The notes: generated from the sequence alone by a model not told the origin. 64,000 bases of DNA from an uncultured cyanobacterium (GCA_963803805.1 CAWDOD010000002.1:192001-256000); one strand, 5' to 3'; positions 31,540-42,017 are shown, counted from the first letter of the stretch. Numbers and translations: made by a program.

Positions 31540-32796
31540 GTGTTTGAAAAAATTCGCTATCGTTTATTTCTCTCCAACCTACTAGTCTTGGCTTTAGTGT
31601 TGACAGGTTTTGCTTTTGTCGTGCGCTTGGTTTTCATTCGCAACCTCAAACAGCAGCAAACTGAGCAATTAATAGCTTTAGCCCAAGCAGCAGCCGCAAG
31701 CACTGAATTTGATAGGGGATATTTAGAATCGGAAGCAAAATTTTCTTCACAACAACTAAAAGATCGCCAGCAAGCTTTTCAATGGTTTGATTCCCAAGGT
31801 AAGTTGATTGAACAACAGGGCGATCGCCTCTACATTCCTACTTTACCCCTTGAAGACGAGCAAACTGTGCAAACTCAAACCGACAAAATTAGGCTTCAGG
31901 TAGTAACTTTACCCATCATTGGCAGGGCTACTAAGCGGTCAATTGGCTATATCCGCGTCAGTCAGTCCCTAGAAGAAATTGATGAAACTATCTCTCGACT
32001 GGATGTGGGCTTAGCTGTAGGTGCGCTTGTTGCTATCGTCCTGAGTAGTTTGGGTAGCAGTTGGCTTAACCATCAAGCAATGCAGCCCATTGAAGAAAGC
32101 TTTGAACGTCTCAAACAGTTTACTGCTGATGCTTCCCACGAACTACGAAGTCCCCTAATGGCAATTAGCACTAATGCAGAAGTAGCTTTGACTTATGCAG
32201 AAGGAATGCGAGCTAGCGATGGTGAAAAATTCCAGGCGATCGCCTCGGCAATCGACCAAATGTCAAGGCTTACAGAAGATTTATTGCTTTTAACCCGAAC
32301 CGACAGAGTTAGGGACTTTGAGTTTGAAAAAATCAATCTTACTGCTTTGCTAACAGCCTTAGTTAACTTGTACAAACCCCAAGCACAAGCTAAACAAATT
32401 GAACTTAAAACTAAAGTTGAAAATGATTTATGGTTAATGGGGGATGAAGCTAAATTAACACGGGCCTTTACTAATTTAATTCAAAATGCCATTCAATACA
32501 CTTCTGATGGTGGAGAAGTCCAAGTTATTGGCGATCGCATCGAGGGAGAAATTAAGGTAACAATAGCAGATACGGGGATCGGCATACCGAGAGAACATCT
32601 CAATCTGGTTTTTGAGCGATTGTGGCGGGCAGACGGATCTCGCTCTTATTATGAGGGGGGGTCAGGTTTGGGTTTGGCAATTACCCAAGGGATTATTCGC
32701 AACCATCGGGGAACAATTACTGTTACTAGCCAGCTAAATGTTGGCAGTTGTTTTGTTGTGTGTTTACCTGCTAGTGCAATCAATCTAAATTCTTAA
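31540..32796 (+). CDS. Membrane sensor histidine kinase
   Basis: Two TM segments, ASHELRSPL, G boxes. Confidence 0.95.
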   Translation: MFEKIRYRLFLSNLLVLALVLTGFAFVVRLVFIRNLKQQQTEQLIALAQAAAASTEFDRGYLESEAKFSSQQLKDRQQAFQWFDSQGKLIEQQGDRLYIPTLPLEDEQTVQTQTDKIRLQVVTLPIIGRATKRSIGYIRVSQSLEEIDETISRLDVGLAVGALVAIVLSSLGSSWLNHQAMQPIEESFERLKQFTADASHELRSPLMAISTNAEVALTYAEGMRASDGEKFQAIASAIDQMSRLTEDLLLLTRTDRVRDFEFEKINLTALLTALVNLYKPQAQAKQIELKTKVENDLWLMGDEAKLTRAFTNLIQNAIQYTSDGGEVQVIGDRIEGEIKVTIADTGIGIPREHLNLVFERLWRADGSRSYYEGGSGLGLAITQGIIRNHRGTITVTSQLNVGSCFVVCLPASAINLNS

Positions 32797-33672
32797 ATAG
32801 GAAAAATAACGCTACAGATAAATTATTTTTGTATTGCTTTTTTTGTTGCTCCTTGTTTTAGTTTAGCTGTGGGTAGTTTTAGTCTTTACTGGGGGACTAG
32901 CCCCCCAGACCCGCATCTCAGGGAAACAAGTGTTTCCCTACAACCCTTCCTAACCGCTTCGCTCTTCGTTGGTTGTGTTTGGCTGGCTAATTTGGGGTTG
33001 GTCTATCGTCGGAATTAGACAGTAGTGGTAGGGCGCATTTAGATTTAGGCTCGTTGTTTAAATTGATATGTAGCAAATATTTAGGTGTTTTATATTATAT
33101 GAAATAGTAAAAATAACGCTACAAATGAATTATTTTTGTATCGCTTTTTTTGTTGCTCCTTGTTTTAGTTTAGCTGTGGGTAGTTTTAGTTTTATTGGGG
33201 GATTAACCCCCCAAACCCGCATCTCAGGGAAACAAGTGTTTCCCTACAACCCTTCCTAACCGCTTCGCTCTTCGTTGATTGTGTTTGGCTGGCTAATTTG
33301 GGGTTGCTCTATTGTCGGAATTAGACAGTAGTGGTAGGGCGCATTTAGATTTAGGCTCGTTGTTTAAATTGATATGTAGCAAATATTTAGGTGTTTTATA
33401 TTATATGAAATAGTAAAAATAACGCTACAAATGAATTATTTTTGTATCGCTTTTTTTGTTGCTCCTTGTTTTAGTTTAGCTGTGGGTAGTTTTAGTTTTA
33501 TTGGGGGATTAACCCCCCAAACCCGCATCTCAGGGAAACAAGTGTTTCCCTACAACCCTTCCTAACCGCTTCGCTCTTCGTTGATTGTGTTTGGCTGGCT
33601 AATTTGGGGTTGCTCTATTGTCGGAGATAGACCTCGTGGTAGGACGCATTTGGACTTGGGATCGTTATTTAA
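32795..33672. repeat. ~306-bp tandem repeat, ~2.9 copies, with internal palindromes
   Basis: Units start at 32795, 33102, 33408; each has GGGGG-n4/5-CCCCC and AGGGAAAC-AAGT-GTTTCCCT. Confidence 0.95.
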
Positions 33673-33809
33673 AAGGTGACTTTAGCTACATAGATTTGCA
33701 AAAAATTTATCCTTTTTTTAATGGGGCTGGATTATTATTTCTAGCTGTAACAGGTATCTCAATATGGTGGAAGATGCGACGTGTTTCTAGAGATAATTCA
33801 AGAAATTGA
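33672..33809 (+). pseudogene. 3' remnant of a small PepSY-TM-like membrane protein gene
   Basis: KGDFSYIDLQKIYPFFNGAGLLFLAVTGISIWW fused to repeat-derived sequence upstream. Confidence 0.5.
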
Positions 33810-33857
33810 TATTAATATTTTTAGTTGAGCGATTGCTTTTGCTATCAAAGTTGCTCA

Positions 33858-33894
33858 AAATCTTGCTAAGTTCTTGACATTTATTTTCTAAAGT
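33858..33894 (+). promoter_or_regulatory. Second copy of putative OmpR-family box plus -10
   Basis: AAATCTTGCTAAGTTCTTGAC, 10 nt, TAAAGT. Confidence 0.55.
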
Positions 33895-33928
33895 TAAAGT
33901 ATCAAAAGTTATAAAGATTTTAACTGTC

Positions 33929-34273
33929 ATGAAAAGCTCTCTTCTTAAAAAAATCTTGTCTGCTGTCTCTATTTCAGCCACCCTCTCTTTATTTAGTGGT
34001 TTGCCTGTTTTAGCCCAGGTGAAAGATACAACTACACTTAATCGTTCCATCACACCTTTTTCTTTAGTATCTCAGGCTCAAGAAGGACGCTTGCAAAGGC
34101 AAGGAATTCCTGGTTATGGAGCTTTAGCCACTAAATATATGCTGCACCAAGTAACTGCTGAAAGTTTAGTTCAAGCAGGAATTGATGCTCATTTGATTCC
34201 TACTCAAACTCTACAAAATCAAGGCTATATAAATGCTGTTAATTCTCAGCTTCAGCAGAGAATAAATGATTAA
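33929..34273 (+). CDS. Small secreted hypothetical protein
   Basis: Signal peptide ending VLA/Q; TPFSLV..A..G.L..QGIPGY pattern. Confidence 0.75.
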   Translation: MKSSLLKKILSAVSISATLSLFSGLPVLAQVKDTTTLNRSITPFSLVSQAQEGRLQRQGIPGYGALATKYMLHQVTAESLVQAGIDAHLIPTQTLQNQGYINAVNSQLQQRIND

Positions 34274-34316
34274 GAAATTTAATTTATAATCCTTCATTTA
34301 GCAAGTAGGAAAAATA

Positions 34317-35054
34317 GTGAATAAACTGCCACAAATCACCGCTTTCTTCTGGATCATGAAAATATGTGCAACTACTCTAGGAGAAACCGCAGGGGATCTT
34401 TTATCAATGACTCTAAACGTGGGCTATGCAGTTAGTTCAATTATCTTGATTGGAGTGTTTTTAACAACTCTGGCTACTCAATTAGTTTCAAAAAGTTATA
34501 ACCCTTTACTTTACTGGACTGTCATTCTTTCAACTAGTACTGCCGGTACAACAATGTCAGATTATATGAATCGCAGTTTAGGATTTGGCTATGCTAAAGG
34601 ATCGATAATTTTAGTTACTATTCTTTTCGTAATTTTATTGTTCTGGCAATTGACTATTGGCTCTTTATCAGTCACTGATATTAAAACCTTTAAAGTTGAG
34701 TTGCTTTATTGGAGTGCCATTCTCTTTTCCAATACTCTAGGTACTTCCTTGGGAGATTTTTTAGCTGATAGTTCTGGACTTGGATTTGCAGGGGGAGCTA
34801 TCCTAATTGCTAGTTTACTTGCTCTAGTTTTAGCTGCCCATTATTATACCAAAATTTCCGCAATTATCTTGTTTTGGATTGCCTTTGTTTTAACCCGCCC
34901 CCTTGGGGCAACAATGGGAGATTTTTTGACCAAAACATCTGATAAAGGTGGTCTTGGTTATGGTACAATTGGCTCATCTATAGTTCTTGTATCAATACTT
35001 GGAGTTTGTATTGTATTCACAACTCTAAAGCACAGAAGAAGAGAAATACTTTAG
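34317..35054 (+). CDS. DUF347/COG4705-type membrane protein
   Basis: Four repeats of the TTLGETAGD / TAGTTMSD / TLGTSLGD / PLGATMGD motif. Confidence 0.85.
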   Translation: MNKLPQITAFFWIMKICATTLGETAGDLLSMTLNVGYAVSSIILIGVFLTTLATQLVSKSYNPLLYWTVILSTSTAGTTMSDYMNRSLGFGYAKGSIILVTILFVILLFWQLTIGSLSVTDIKTFKVELLYWSAILFSNTLGTSLGDFLADSSGLGFAGGAILIASLLALVLAAHYYTKISAIILFWIAFVLTRPLGATMGDFLTKTSDKGGLGYGTIGSSIVLVSILGVCIVFTTLKHRRREIL

Positions 35055-35064
35055 TTTGTTTGGT

Positions 35065-36909
35065 TTATTTTTCTGGGCTTAGCACAAAGTTTTGACTGCT
35101 TTTTTGTATTTTTAAAGGCTTTTTGTTCTGGGCCAGTTTGAGAGGTGGTCTTTGTTCTTTACACCATTTTAATGCTTCCTCTAAATCGAGAAAATCTTTA
35201 GTCAAATTCTCATTGCTATCCCAAGCTTCTCCTTTAATTAAAAACTCTTTAATTGTTGATTCTAAATTAGTAAAAATCAGCTCAATCTGATGATTTTTCG
35301 CAAGTTTGAAAATCTTAGTGAAACTAAGGACAGCAGAAGAATCAAGGCTATTAACTGCACTAAAATCAAAAATAATAAAATTCACCTTGTGTACTTCATT
35401 GGTTGCTAATCTTTGACGAACTTTGTTAAGCAAGTTGTTGGCTGTACCGAAGAAGATTGCTCCTTGGAGTTGGAGAATATAAATTTGTTCTTCTTGTTCT
35501 CTGGTTAGTTGGTTTAGCTTAATATAATCTTGACCAGAATATTCTTGCTTGACAACCTCGATTTTACTATAATTAAGAGCAAACAAAAATACAGCTAATG
35601 AAAAGCCAACTAATACCCCTTCTAAAAAGCCCACAGTGTTGATAATTACGACAATAACCAAAATAATTAAATATTCAGCTAAGGGAAACTTAAACCAAGT
35701 TTGATAGAGCCATTTAATAGATAAATCTAAACCAAGATAAAACAATAAGCTGCCAATAATTGGTTTAGGAAAAACAGCTAAAAAAGAAGAGCCAAGCAAT
35801 AAGACGGCGGCGCAAGGAATAGTTTTGAAAACTCCAGCTAAGCGATTATTTGCTCCCATTTGGTGAACTAAGATGGTACTAGGTAAAGCTTGGTTGCCTA
35901 CCATACCACTTCCTAAACCCGCAGCGATGTTAGCTAAGCCAACAGCTTGCAACTCTTGGTTAAGATCAACTTCTTTATCTACTGCTAATTCAATGCCACT
36001 ATTAGTTAACACTAAAGAGATTAAGCTAATTAACATTACTGTCGCAATGGTGGCTGCTTGATTGGCAATGATTGAGAAATCAACTTGCTGCAAAGTCTTC
36101 CAGGTTAAGGGTTGCCATAATCCACCTTCAGGAAATGGCCCCAATAACCAACCTGCTGCCCTTGCTTCAGGAAGAGATGTGTTTGTAACTAAGAGAATAA
36201 GGTAAAAAATTCCTGTTGCCGTTACCATTATCCCTGGCATGATGAGGAAATGCTGATAGTATTTAAAAGCAACGAGCAAAACCAGCCCCAGAATTAAGCC
36301 AGAAAGCCACTGCCCAACCATATCTCCTTGCAATAAGCAAGGTATATTGCTGAGGGTAAGATGTTCCCCGGTTAGCACCTGAATTGCCCCCCGAATCAAT
36401 AAAAATCCTGTTCCCGCCATAAAACCTCCCACTACAGGATAGGGGATGAATTGGGTGGCTTTGCCGAGATGCAGTTTACCTAATATGAACAAAAAGATTC
36501 CTGTCACCAGGGAACTAATAGCAATAGCAGCAACTACAGTTACTAGAATTTCCTCCCTCGTCCCTGTGAGCATATTTTCTGCGATCGCTGCTGCTAAGAT
36601 AGCTAAAATAGCTGTAGGTGCAGCTAAAGGAGTGGCAATCATACCAGGAAGAGAACTTAGCAAAGCTACGACAATGCTAATAGCGGCTGTACTAAATACA
36701 GCAATACCGACTCCGATAGTGAGATGATCAGAAAGACTGCCAGAGAAAATCAAGGCGGCATAGGAGATTGCCCTGATTACGCCAATTACCCCTGTAAGTA
36801 CACCCGCTATTACGCTAGGGATTAGTTTATTGGGATGCAACTCGGCAATTAGGGTAGATTTTGGCTGGTGTTTCTGTTCTTCGCTCAGTACCGCTTCTAA
36901 TTGTGTCAT
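35065..36909 (-). CDS. SulP/SLC26 anion transporter with STAS domain
   Basis: IPYPVVGGFMAGTG, LQGAIFFGTA, LDSSAV. Confidence 0.9.
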   Translation of the reverse strand: MTQLEAVLSEEQKHQPKSTLIAELHPNKLIPSVIAGVLTGVIGVIRAISYAALIFSGSLSDHLTIGVGIAVFSTAAISIVVALLSSLPGMIATPLAAPTAILAILAAAIAENMLTGTREEILVTVVAAIAISSLVTGIFLFILGKLHLGKATQFIPYPVVGGFMAGTGFLLIRGAIQVLTGEHLTLSNIPCLLQGDMVGQWLSGLILGLVLLVAFKYYQHFLIMPGIMVTATGIFYLILLVTNTSLPEARAAGWLLGPFPEGGLWQPLTWKTLQQVDFSIIANQAATIATVMLISLISLVLTNSGIELAVDKEVDLNQELQAVGLANIAAGLGSGMVGNQALPSTILVHQMGANNRLAGVFKTIPCAAVLLLGSSFLAVFPKPIIGSLLFYLGLDLSIKWLYQTWFKFPLAEYLIILVIVVIINTVGFLEGVLVGFSLAVFLFALNYSKIEVVKQEYSGQDYIKLNQLTREQEEQIYILQLQGAIFFGTANNLLNKVRQRLATNEVHKVNFIIFDFSAVNSLDSSAVLSFTKIFKLAKNHQIELIFTNLESTIKEFLIKGEAWDSNENLTKDFLDLEEALKWCKEQRPPLKLAQNKKPLKIQKSSQNFVLSPEK

Positions 36910-37062
36910 AGGTTTTTGAGCAGGGTTTTCCTTTTTTCAAAAGTTTATGTTGTTACTAAATCTCGAATGAGTAAAATTACTTTTAGCTCAATTATATTAA
37001 CTTAGAATTTGTCATTAATTGTCAAGAGGTGGCTAGAAATGAATTTTATTAATCCTGAACAA

Positions 37063-37284
37063 GTGCCAGAAATAAATAAAGCTTTTTAGATGGCTAACTT
37101 AGTAGATTTGAATCGCTAAGAAATAAAAAAACTGCATAAGCCAGGATTACTTATTAATGCTAAAAAAGGAGTGATTAGTTTAGGCAAATAAGAAATAGCT
37201 CGTCAATTATTAGATGTTATTAATAATAGTACCATTGCTAAAACTACAGGTTTAACTATTGAAGAAGTAAAAAAAATGCGTTAA
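37063..37284 (+). pseudogene. Degenerate C-terminal remnant of an Rpn-family (PD-(D/E)XK) nuclease/putative transposase
   Basis: VPEINKAF*MAN..*..*EIARQLLDVINNSTIAKTTGLTIEEVKKMR*; three internal stops in one frame. Confidence 0.6.
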
Positions 37285-37353
37285 ATTCTTTTGGTGAGTG
37301 TAATTTTGTATCTTGAGGTCAAAGTTAATACTTAATTCGTAGATAATAAGATA

Positions 37354-38160
37354 ATGAAAAACCAGATTACTGTATTTATTATAGTCTTTAGCTCTTGTAT
37401 TGCTTGGAGTATCTTTGGTAATTCTGTTTCTGCTTGGATTTACTTGAGTCTAACCCAAATTAATATTCCAGTTCCGATTATACAACTTGCTTTGCTGGTA
37501 TTGCCTCTGATTCTGCTACTTGAGGTTGTTCTAAAATTCATCTTATGGCAAACACTACCTCCTTTAAAGTTTATTCCTACTCAAGCTGAGTCGTGGGAGA
37601 ATATTAACCAAGAGGAATTAACTCGTTATACCTCCGAACTAGAAAACCTGGGTTTTTTCCAGTTAACTGATTATACCTTTCCATCTAGTCAGAATGTAGC
37701 AAGATTGTTTGCCCATCCTCAAGCATTTTGCTTTGCAGAAATTGGCATACCGAGAAATCAACCCGTGTTCTGTAGTATTTCTTGCCATCTCGAAAATAAC
37801 TGGGTATTAGCCGTAACAGATATATCTTCTCAAACTATTGTATGGGCTGTATGGTACGCATTTTTCCGACAACCTCATTGTCTAGTAAAACAATTTGAGG
37901 ATAATTCAATTAATGTACTTTTTCAAGCCATATTAGACTGGCGTAAACAGGTATCAAGAGACTTGGATTTAAAAGTTATGCAAGATGTTACAGTTGAGAC
38001 TTACTTTGAAAGAGAAAATAGAAATAGAAAAGAACAAAGACATTCTCTACTTTTTAAAAGTATTACTTGGGCATTATTAGAAGTGTTGTGGTTTTCTCGT
38101 AATCCTCAATCTGAGTGGTTGGGAAATTACTCTAAGTTTAAACAAAACAGTAAAGCCTAA
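37354..38160 (+). CDS. Hypothetical membrane-anchored protein
   Basis: 268-aa ORF with N-terminal TM segments. Confidence 0.7.
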   Translation: MKNQITVFIIVFSSCIAWSIFGNSVSAWIYLSLTQINIPVPIIQLALLVLPLILLLEVVLKFILWQTLPPLKFIPTQAESWENINQEELTRYTSELENLGFFQLTDYTFPSSQNVARLFAHPQAFCFAEIGIPRNQPVFCSISCHLENNWVLAVTDISSQTIVWAVWYAFFRQPHCLVKQFEDNSINVLFQAILDWRKQVSRDLDLKVMQDVTVETYFERENRNRKEQRHSLLFKSITWALLEVLWFSRNPQSEWLGNYSKFKQNSKA

Positions 38161-38197
38161 CTCTTATCATTTATCGTTTAACTAATTACCGATGATA

Positions 38198-40435
38198 TCA
38201 ACTCATCACCCTCAATTGTTCTTGCCGACGATTGAGACTATCACACAACAAACGAACAATATATTCTTGCAAATTAGTTGCTAACTCTGGTGCTTCTTGC
38301 TTCATGGTTTCAAAAGCACTTTCAGATAAATAGTAAAGCTTGCTGGGAGTATCAGTTATCACATAAGTTGAAAGGGGAACTTTGCCATAAAATCGCATTT
38401 CTCCTAACAAGCTTCCTGCGGTTAAAGTTTGCAACCTTTTAGTTTTTTCTGTCCTTAATTCCAGTAAAACGCTAACTTGGCCAGTTTCAAGGAAATATAA
38501 ACCTTGATCTGCTTTTTCTGGACGGAAGATATAATGCTTAGCGGCAACTTCTTGAGGTTCTAAATAGTTAACAAATTGATTAACTTGTTCTGGTTGCAAA
38601 AATAACTTGATTAATTGTTCTGATAATCGATTAGGAAACTTGGTGATGATATTTTCTTGCTTAATTAATTGGTTTTCACACCACTCCAAACCGCGATCTA
38701 TATCAGAGAAGATCAGACATTGTGAACTATCTAGTTCTAAACCTTGACCTTTAATAAGTTTGCTTTTAAAATCATCGTTGAGATTGGTAAACAGTAAAGT
38801 TAGCTCATTTTTACGAGCTATTTTCCAGATTTTGTTAAAACTCAAAACCGCAGAAGCATCTAAACCGGTAACTTGATGAAAATCAATAATCACAAAACTC
38901 AAAGGTGCTTCAGACTCTACCCGATTTCGCACTCTAGTTAAAAGGTAATTAGCAGTACCAAAAAAGAGATACCCTTGTAATTCTAGAATGAAAGTTTGTT
39001 CTCCTTTTGTTGCTAGTAATTTTCTTTGTTCTGGGATGCGGTCTACATTACTTTTGGTTGAATTTCCTGAGAGAACTTTTTTGGCAACATCAATCTGGCT
39101 ATAGTCGTACATAAATAGAACGACAGAGATAACAAAGCCAAGGAAAACTCCTTCTAAAAAACCGACTGTGTTGATAACTATTAAGGTAATAATAACTGTT
39201 AGATAATCAAGCCAAGATAACTTAAACCAGCCTTCATAAACCCATTGAATTAGTAAAGAAATTCCGAGATAAAGTAACAAACTACCCAGGACAGGTTTAG
39301 GAAAAAAAGATAAAAAAGAAGAACCTAACATCAAAACTGCAAGACAAGGAATTGCTGTCACAATTCCTGTTAAACGGCTATTACCACCAATTTTATTAAC
39401 TAATAAAGTACTGGGTAAAGCTTGGTTTCCGACCATGCCACTACCAAATCCTGCTGCTAAGTTGGCTAAACCTACAGCTTTTAATTCCTTGTCTAACTTC
39501 AAATCCTTTCCTACTACCAACTCTATGCCACTATTACTCAGCATCAAAGAAAGGAGACTAATTACCATTAAAGTTGCGATCGCACCACTTTGGGAAGCAA
39601 TAACAGACCAATCAACCTCACCTAAAGTATTCCAAGTTAGGGGTTGCCACAAACCCCCTTCAGGAAAAGGCCCCAACAACCAACCATTATCCCTCGCAAC
39701 GTCTATATTAGTGGAGGTTGCCCATAAAGTTAAGTAAAATAATACCACTGAAGCCAGTAGAGTTCCTGGCATCACCGAAAAGTGTTGATAGCGACGAGAA
39801 ATGAGCAATAAAATGAGGGCAAAACTTAAACCAGAAAGCCAGTGAAATAAAATTTCTGGTTGCCAAATCAAGGTAAAATGCTCCCAGGTTAAAGGTTCAT
39901 CAGTCATAACCTGAAAAGCCCCTCGAACTAATAACCAACCAGTTCCTGCCATAAACCCACCCACTACCGGATAAGGAATAAAACGAATTTTTTTCCCTAA
40001 CTTAAAGTTGCCCAACAACCACAAAAAGCCTCCTGTTAAGACTGAAGCAAGGGCGATGGCAGTTAAGACAGTAGCAAGTACTGCTGAACTAGAGGCATCA
40101 GTCATTTGGGTGGCTATGGCAGCGGTGAACATAGCGATTATGGCACTGGGGGCAGCTAAAGGTGTGGCGATCGCCCCAGGAAGCCCGCTAGTTAAGGCGA
40201 AAACACTACTAACTATGGCAGTACTCAAAACCGCCATTCCCACCCCAGTGGAAAGATGAACCCCAAGGGAACCAGAAAAAATTAAGGCAGCATAGGAAAT
40301 AGAACGAATTACCCCGATTAAACCTGTTACCAAACCAGCCGTTACAGTGGGTATAAGTTTGTCCGGCTGAAATTCTCCTACTAAGTTTGAAAGCCTTGGT
40401 TCAAAATCAGTTTCGATTGTTCCTTGTTGAGTCAT
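38198..40435 (-). CDS. SulP transporter with STAS and cNMP-binding domains
   Basis: SulP motifs; C-terminal LYFLETGQVSV..LLGEM cyclic-nucleotide-binding fold. Confidence 0.9.
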   Translation of the reverse strand: MTQQGTIETDFEPRLSNLVGEFQPDKLIPTVTAGLVTGLIGVIRSISYAALIFSGSLGVHLSTGVGMAVLSTAIVSSVFALTSGLPGAIATPLAAPSAIIAMFTAAIATQMTDASSSAVLATVLTAIALASVLTGGFLWLLGNFKLGKKIRFIPYPVVGGFMAGTGWLLVRGAFQVMTDEPLTWEHFTLIWQPEILFHWLSGLSFALILLLISRRYQHFSVMPGTLLASVVLFYLTLWATSTNIDVARDNGWLLGPFPEGGLWQPLTWNTLGEVDWSVIASQSGAIATLMVISLLSLMLSNSGIELVVGKDLKLDKELKAVGLANLAAGFGSGMVGNQALPSTLLVNKIGGNSRLTGIVTAIPCLAVLMLGSSFLSFFPKPVLGSLLLYLGISLLIQWVYEGWFKLSWLDYLTVIITLIVINTVGFLEGVFLGFVISVVLFMYDYSQIDVAKKVLSGNSTKSNVDRIPEQRKLLATKGEQTFILELQGYLFFGTANYLLTRVRNRVESEAPLSFVIIDFHQVTGLDASAVLSFNKIWKIARKNELTLLFTNLNDDFKSKLIKGQGLELDSSQCLIFSDIDRGLEWCENQLIKQENIITKFPNRLSEQLIKLFLQPEQVNQFVNYLEPQEVAAKHYIFRPEKADQGLYFLETGQVSVLLELRTEKTKRLQTLTAGSLLGEMRFYGKVPLSTYVITDTPSKLYYLSESAFETMKQEAPELATNLQEYIVRLLCDSLNRRQEQLRVMS

Positions 40436-40496
40436 ACAAAGTCCGGTTGAAGAACATAAAGAAAAATGCTACAAGACTAACAATTAGCTATGAGAA

Positions 40497-41411
40497 TTAA
40501 AACAAACTCAATTGCTGAGGATAACTAACTTGCTTCCAAGGCAAAGGGGGAACAGCGATACCTTCCCTTTCCAGCAGTTTCTGGAATTCCTTGGCTGTAC
40601 GGGGAGAATAATCTTCTATGGGGCAGTGAACAAAAAAATACACTTCGATCCCCCTCTCTAGACAATTTTGTACCAGAGTTACCCACTCCCTTAAAAAAGA
40701 CTGGTTAAACTCAGCTTGAGGATGGCTAATAAAGCGAATGATACTAAAGTTTGCTGTAAATTCAGGTAACAAAGGTAACTTTGGTTTGCGTCGTTGAGAA
40801 TTTAGTTGCGGATCATCGGGGCAATTATAGATGGGGCGACTATCTAAAAGGACACGGCCAATTATTAATTGCGACAGAAGAGTATTTAATTTACTGTGGT
40901 TGGGTTCTTTGAACCAATCTGGGTGGCGTACTTCAACGGCTAAGGGATGTCTATCTTGCGGCCAAGCTTGAAGAAAAAGTTGTAAATCTTCCCAAGAATC
41001 AGGACTATAACTGGGGGGGAGTTGAGCGAAAATAGGCCCTAAGCGATTCCCTAAATTTTCCATAGTGGTAAGAAATTCTCCAGCAGCATCTACTTGCGTT
41101 TGCAAAGAACCACTGTGGGTAATAGTTTTAGGTAACTTAGGGCAAAACTTAAAACCGGGGGGAGTTTGCTGTCCCCAACGACTTACTGTTTTAGCTTCAG
41201 GGACAGCATAAAAAGTGGTATTTCCTTCTACGGCAGTTAGGCGTTGACTATAAAGAGAAAGGAAATCTTGGGTTTTAGTTTTTGGTGGAAAAAAGTCTCC
41301 TACCCAACCTTTATAAGACCAAACTGCACAACCTAAATAGAAATTATTCATCAAGTTATAGAATTTCTTTTTATTCACCCATTGCCTATCAAGCCACAAC
41401 TGTCTCCTCAC
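40497..41411 (-). CDS. DUF72 protein
   Basis: GCAVWSYKGW, VEGNTTFY, QLPP, VEVRH; start probably MNNFY. Confidence 0.9.
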   Translation of the reverse strand: MRRQLWLDRQWVNKKKFYNLMNNFYLGCAVWSYKGWVGDFFPPKTKTQDFLSLYSQRLTAVEGNTTFYAVPEAKTVSRWGQQTPPGFKFCPKLPKTITHSGSLQTQVDAAGEFLTTMENLGNRLGPIFAQLPPSYSPDSWEDLQLFLQAWPQDRHPLAVEVRHPDWFKEPNHSKLNTLLSQLIIGRVLLDSRPIYNCPDDPQLNSQRRKPKLPLLPEFTANFSIIRFISHPQAEFNQSFLREWVTLVQNCLERGIEVYFFVHCPIEDYSPRTAKEFQKLLEREGIAVPPLPWKQVSYPQQLSLF

Positions 41412-41928
41412 CAGTCATAGTTGTTGTTTCTGCTTTGTTATTTGCCATATTGCCAATTTCTCGATCAATAAAAAAGATTCCTTGTCCTTCTGTACCAATT
41501 AAATTAATCTTGTCGAGAATGCTTTTAAACAAAAACTCTTCTTGATGTTGTTCTGCCACATACCATTGTAAAAATTGCAGGGTTGCATAATCTGGTTCGG
41601 TATTAGCTAAATGTACCAAATCATTAATCTTACTTGTCACAAGCTGTTCATGTTCGTAAATTTTTTCAAACATTTGGGTTAATGATTCAAACTTAGCTGG
41701 CGGGGCTTGCATTCCACCGATTGTTGCTAAAGCACCTGTTTCTTGGAGATAATTAAATAAACGCCTCATGTGCATCATTTCTTCATCAGCGTGTTGACTA
41801 AGAAAAGCGGCACAACCTTCTAAAGACTGGTACGAACACCAAGAACTCATTTGCAAATAGAGATGGGAAGAATATATCTCTAAGTTGATTTGATGATTGA
41901 GGGACTCAATTGTTTTGGTAGATAGCAT
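41389..41928 (-). CDS. ftnA: Non-heme ferritin
   Basis: QINLEIYSSHLY, EEMMH, FLQWYVAEQHQEE. Confidence 0.9.
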   Translation of the reverse strand: MLSTKTIESLNHQINLEIYSSHLYLQMSSWCSYQSLEGCAAFLSQHADEEMMHMRRLFNYLQETGALATIGGMQAPPAKFESLTQMFEKIYEHEQLVTSKINDLVHLANTEPDYATLQFLQWYVAEQHQEEFLFKSILDKINLIGTEGQGIFFIDREIGNMANNKAETTTMTGEETVVA

Positions 41929-42017
41929 AATTTATCTTTGTAATAAAATTGGCTGGAGATGGTAGAACGAAGCGGTTACAACTAACTTTTACCCGTTAAT
42001 TGAAAATTAACAATATA

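Noticed and set aside
32795-33672. CRISPR array or integron attC cassettes
   Set aside because: Whole 306-bp units repeat with no unique spacers or cassette ORFs; no cas or integrase gene nearby.
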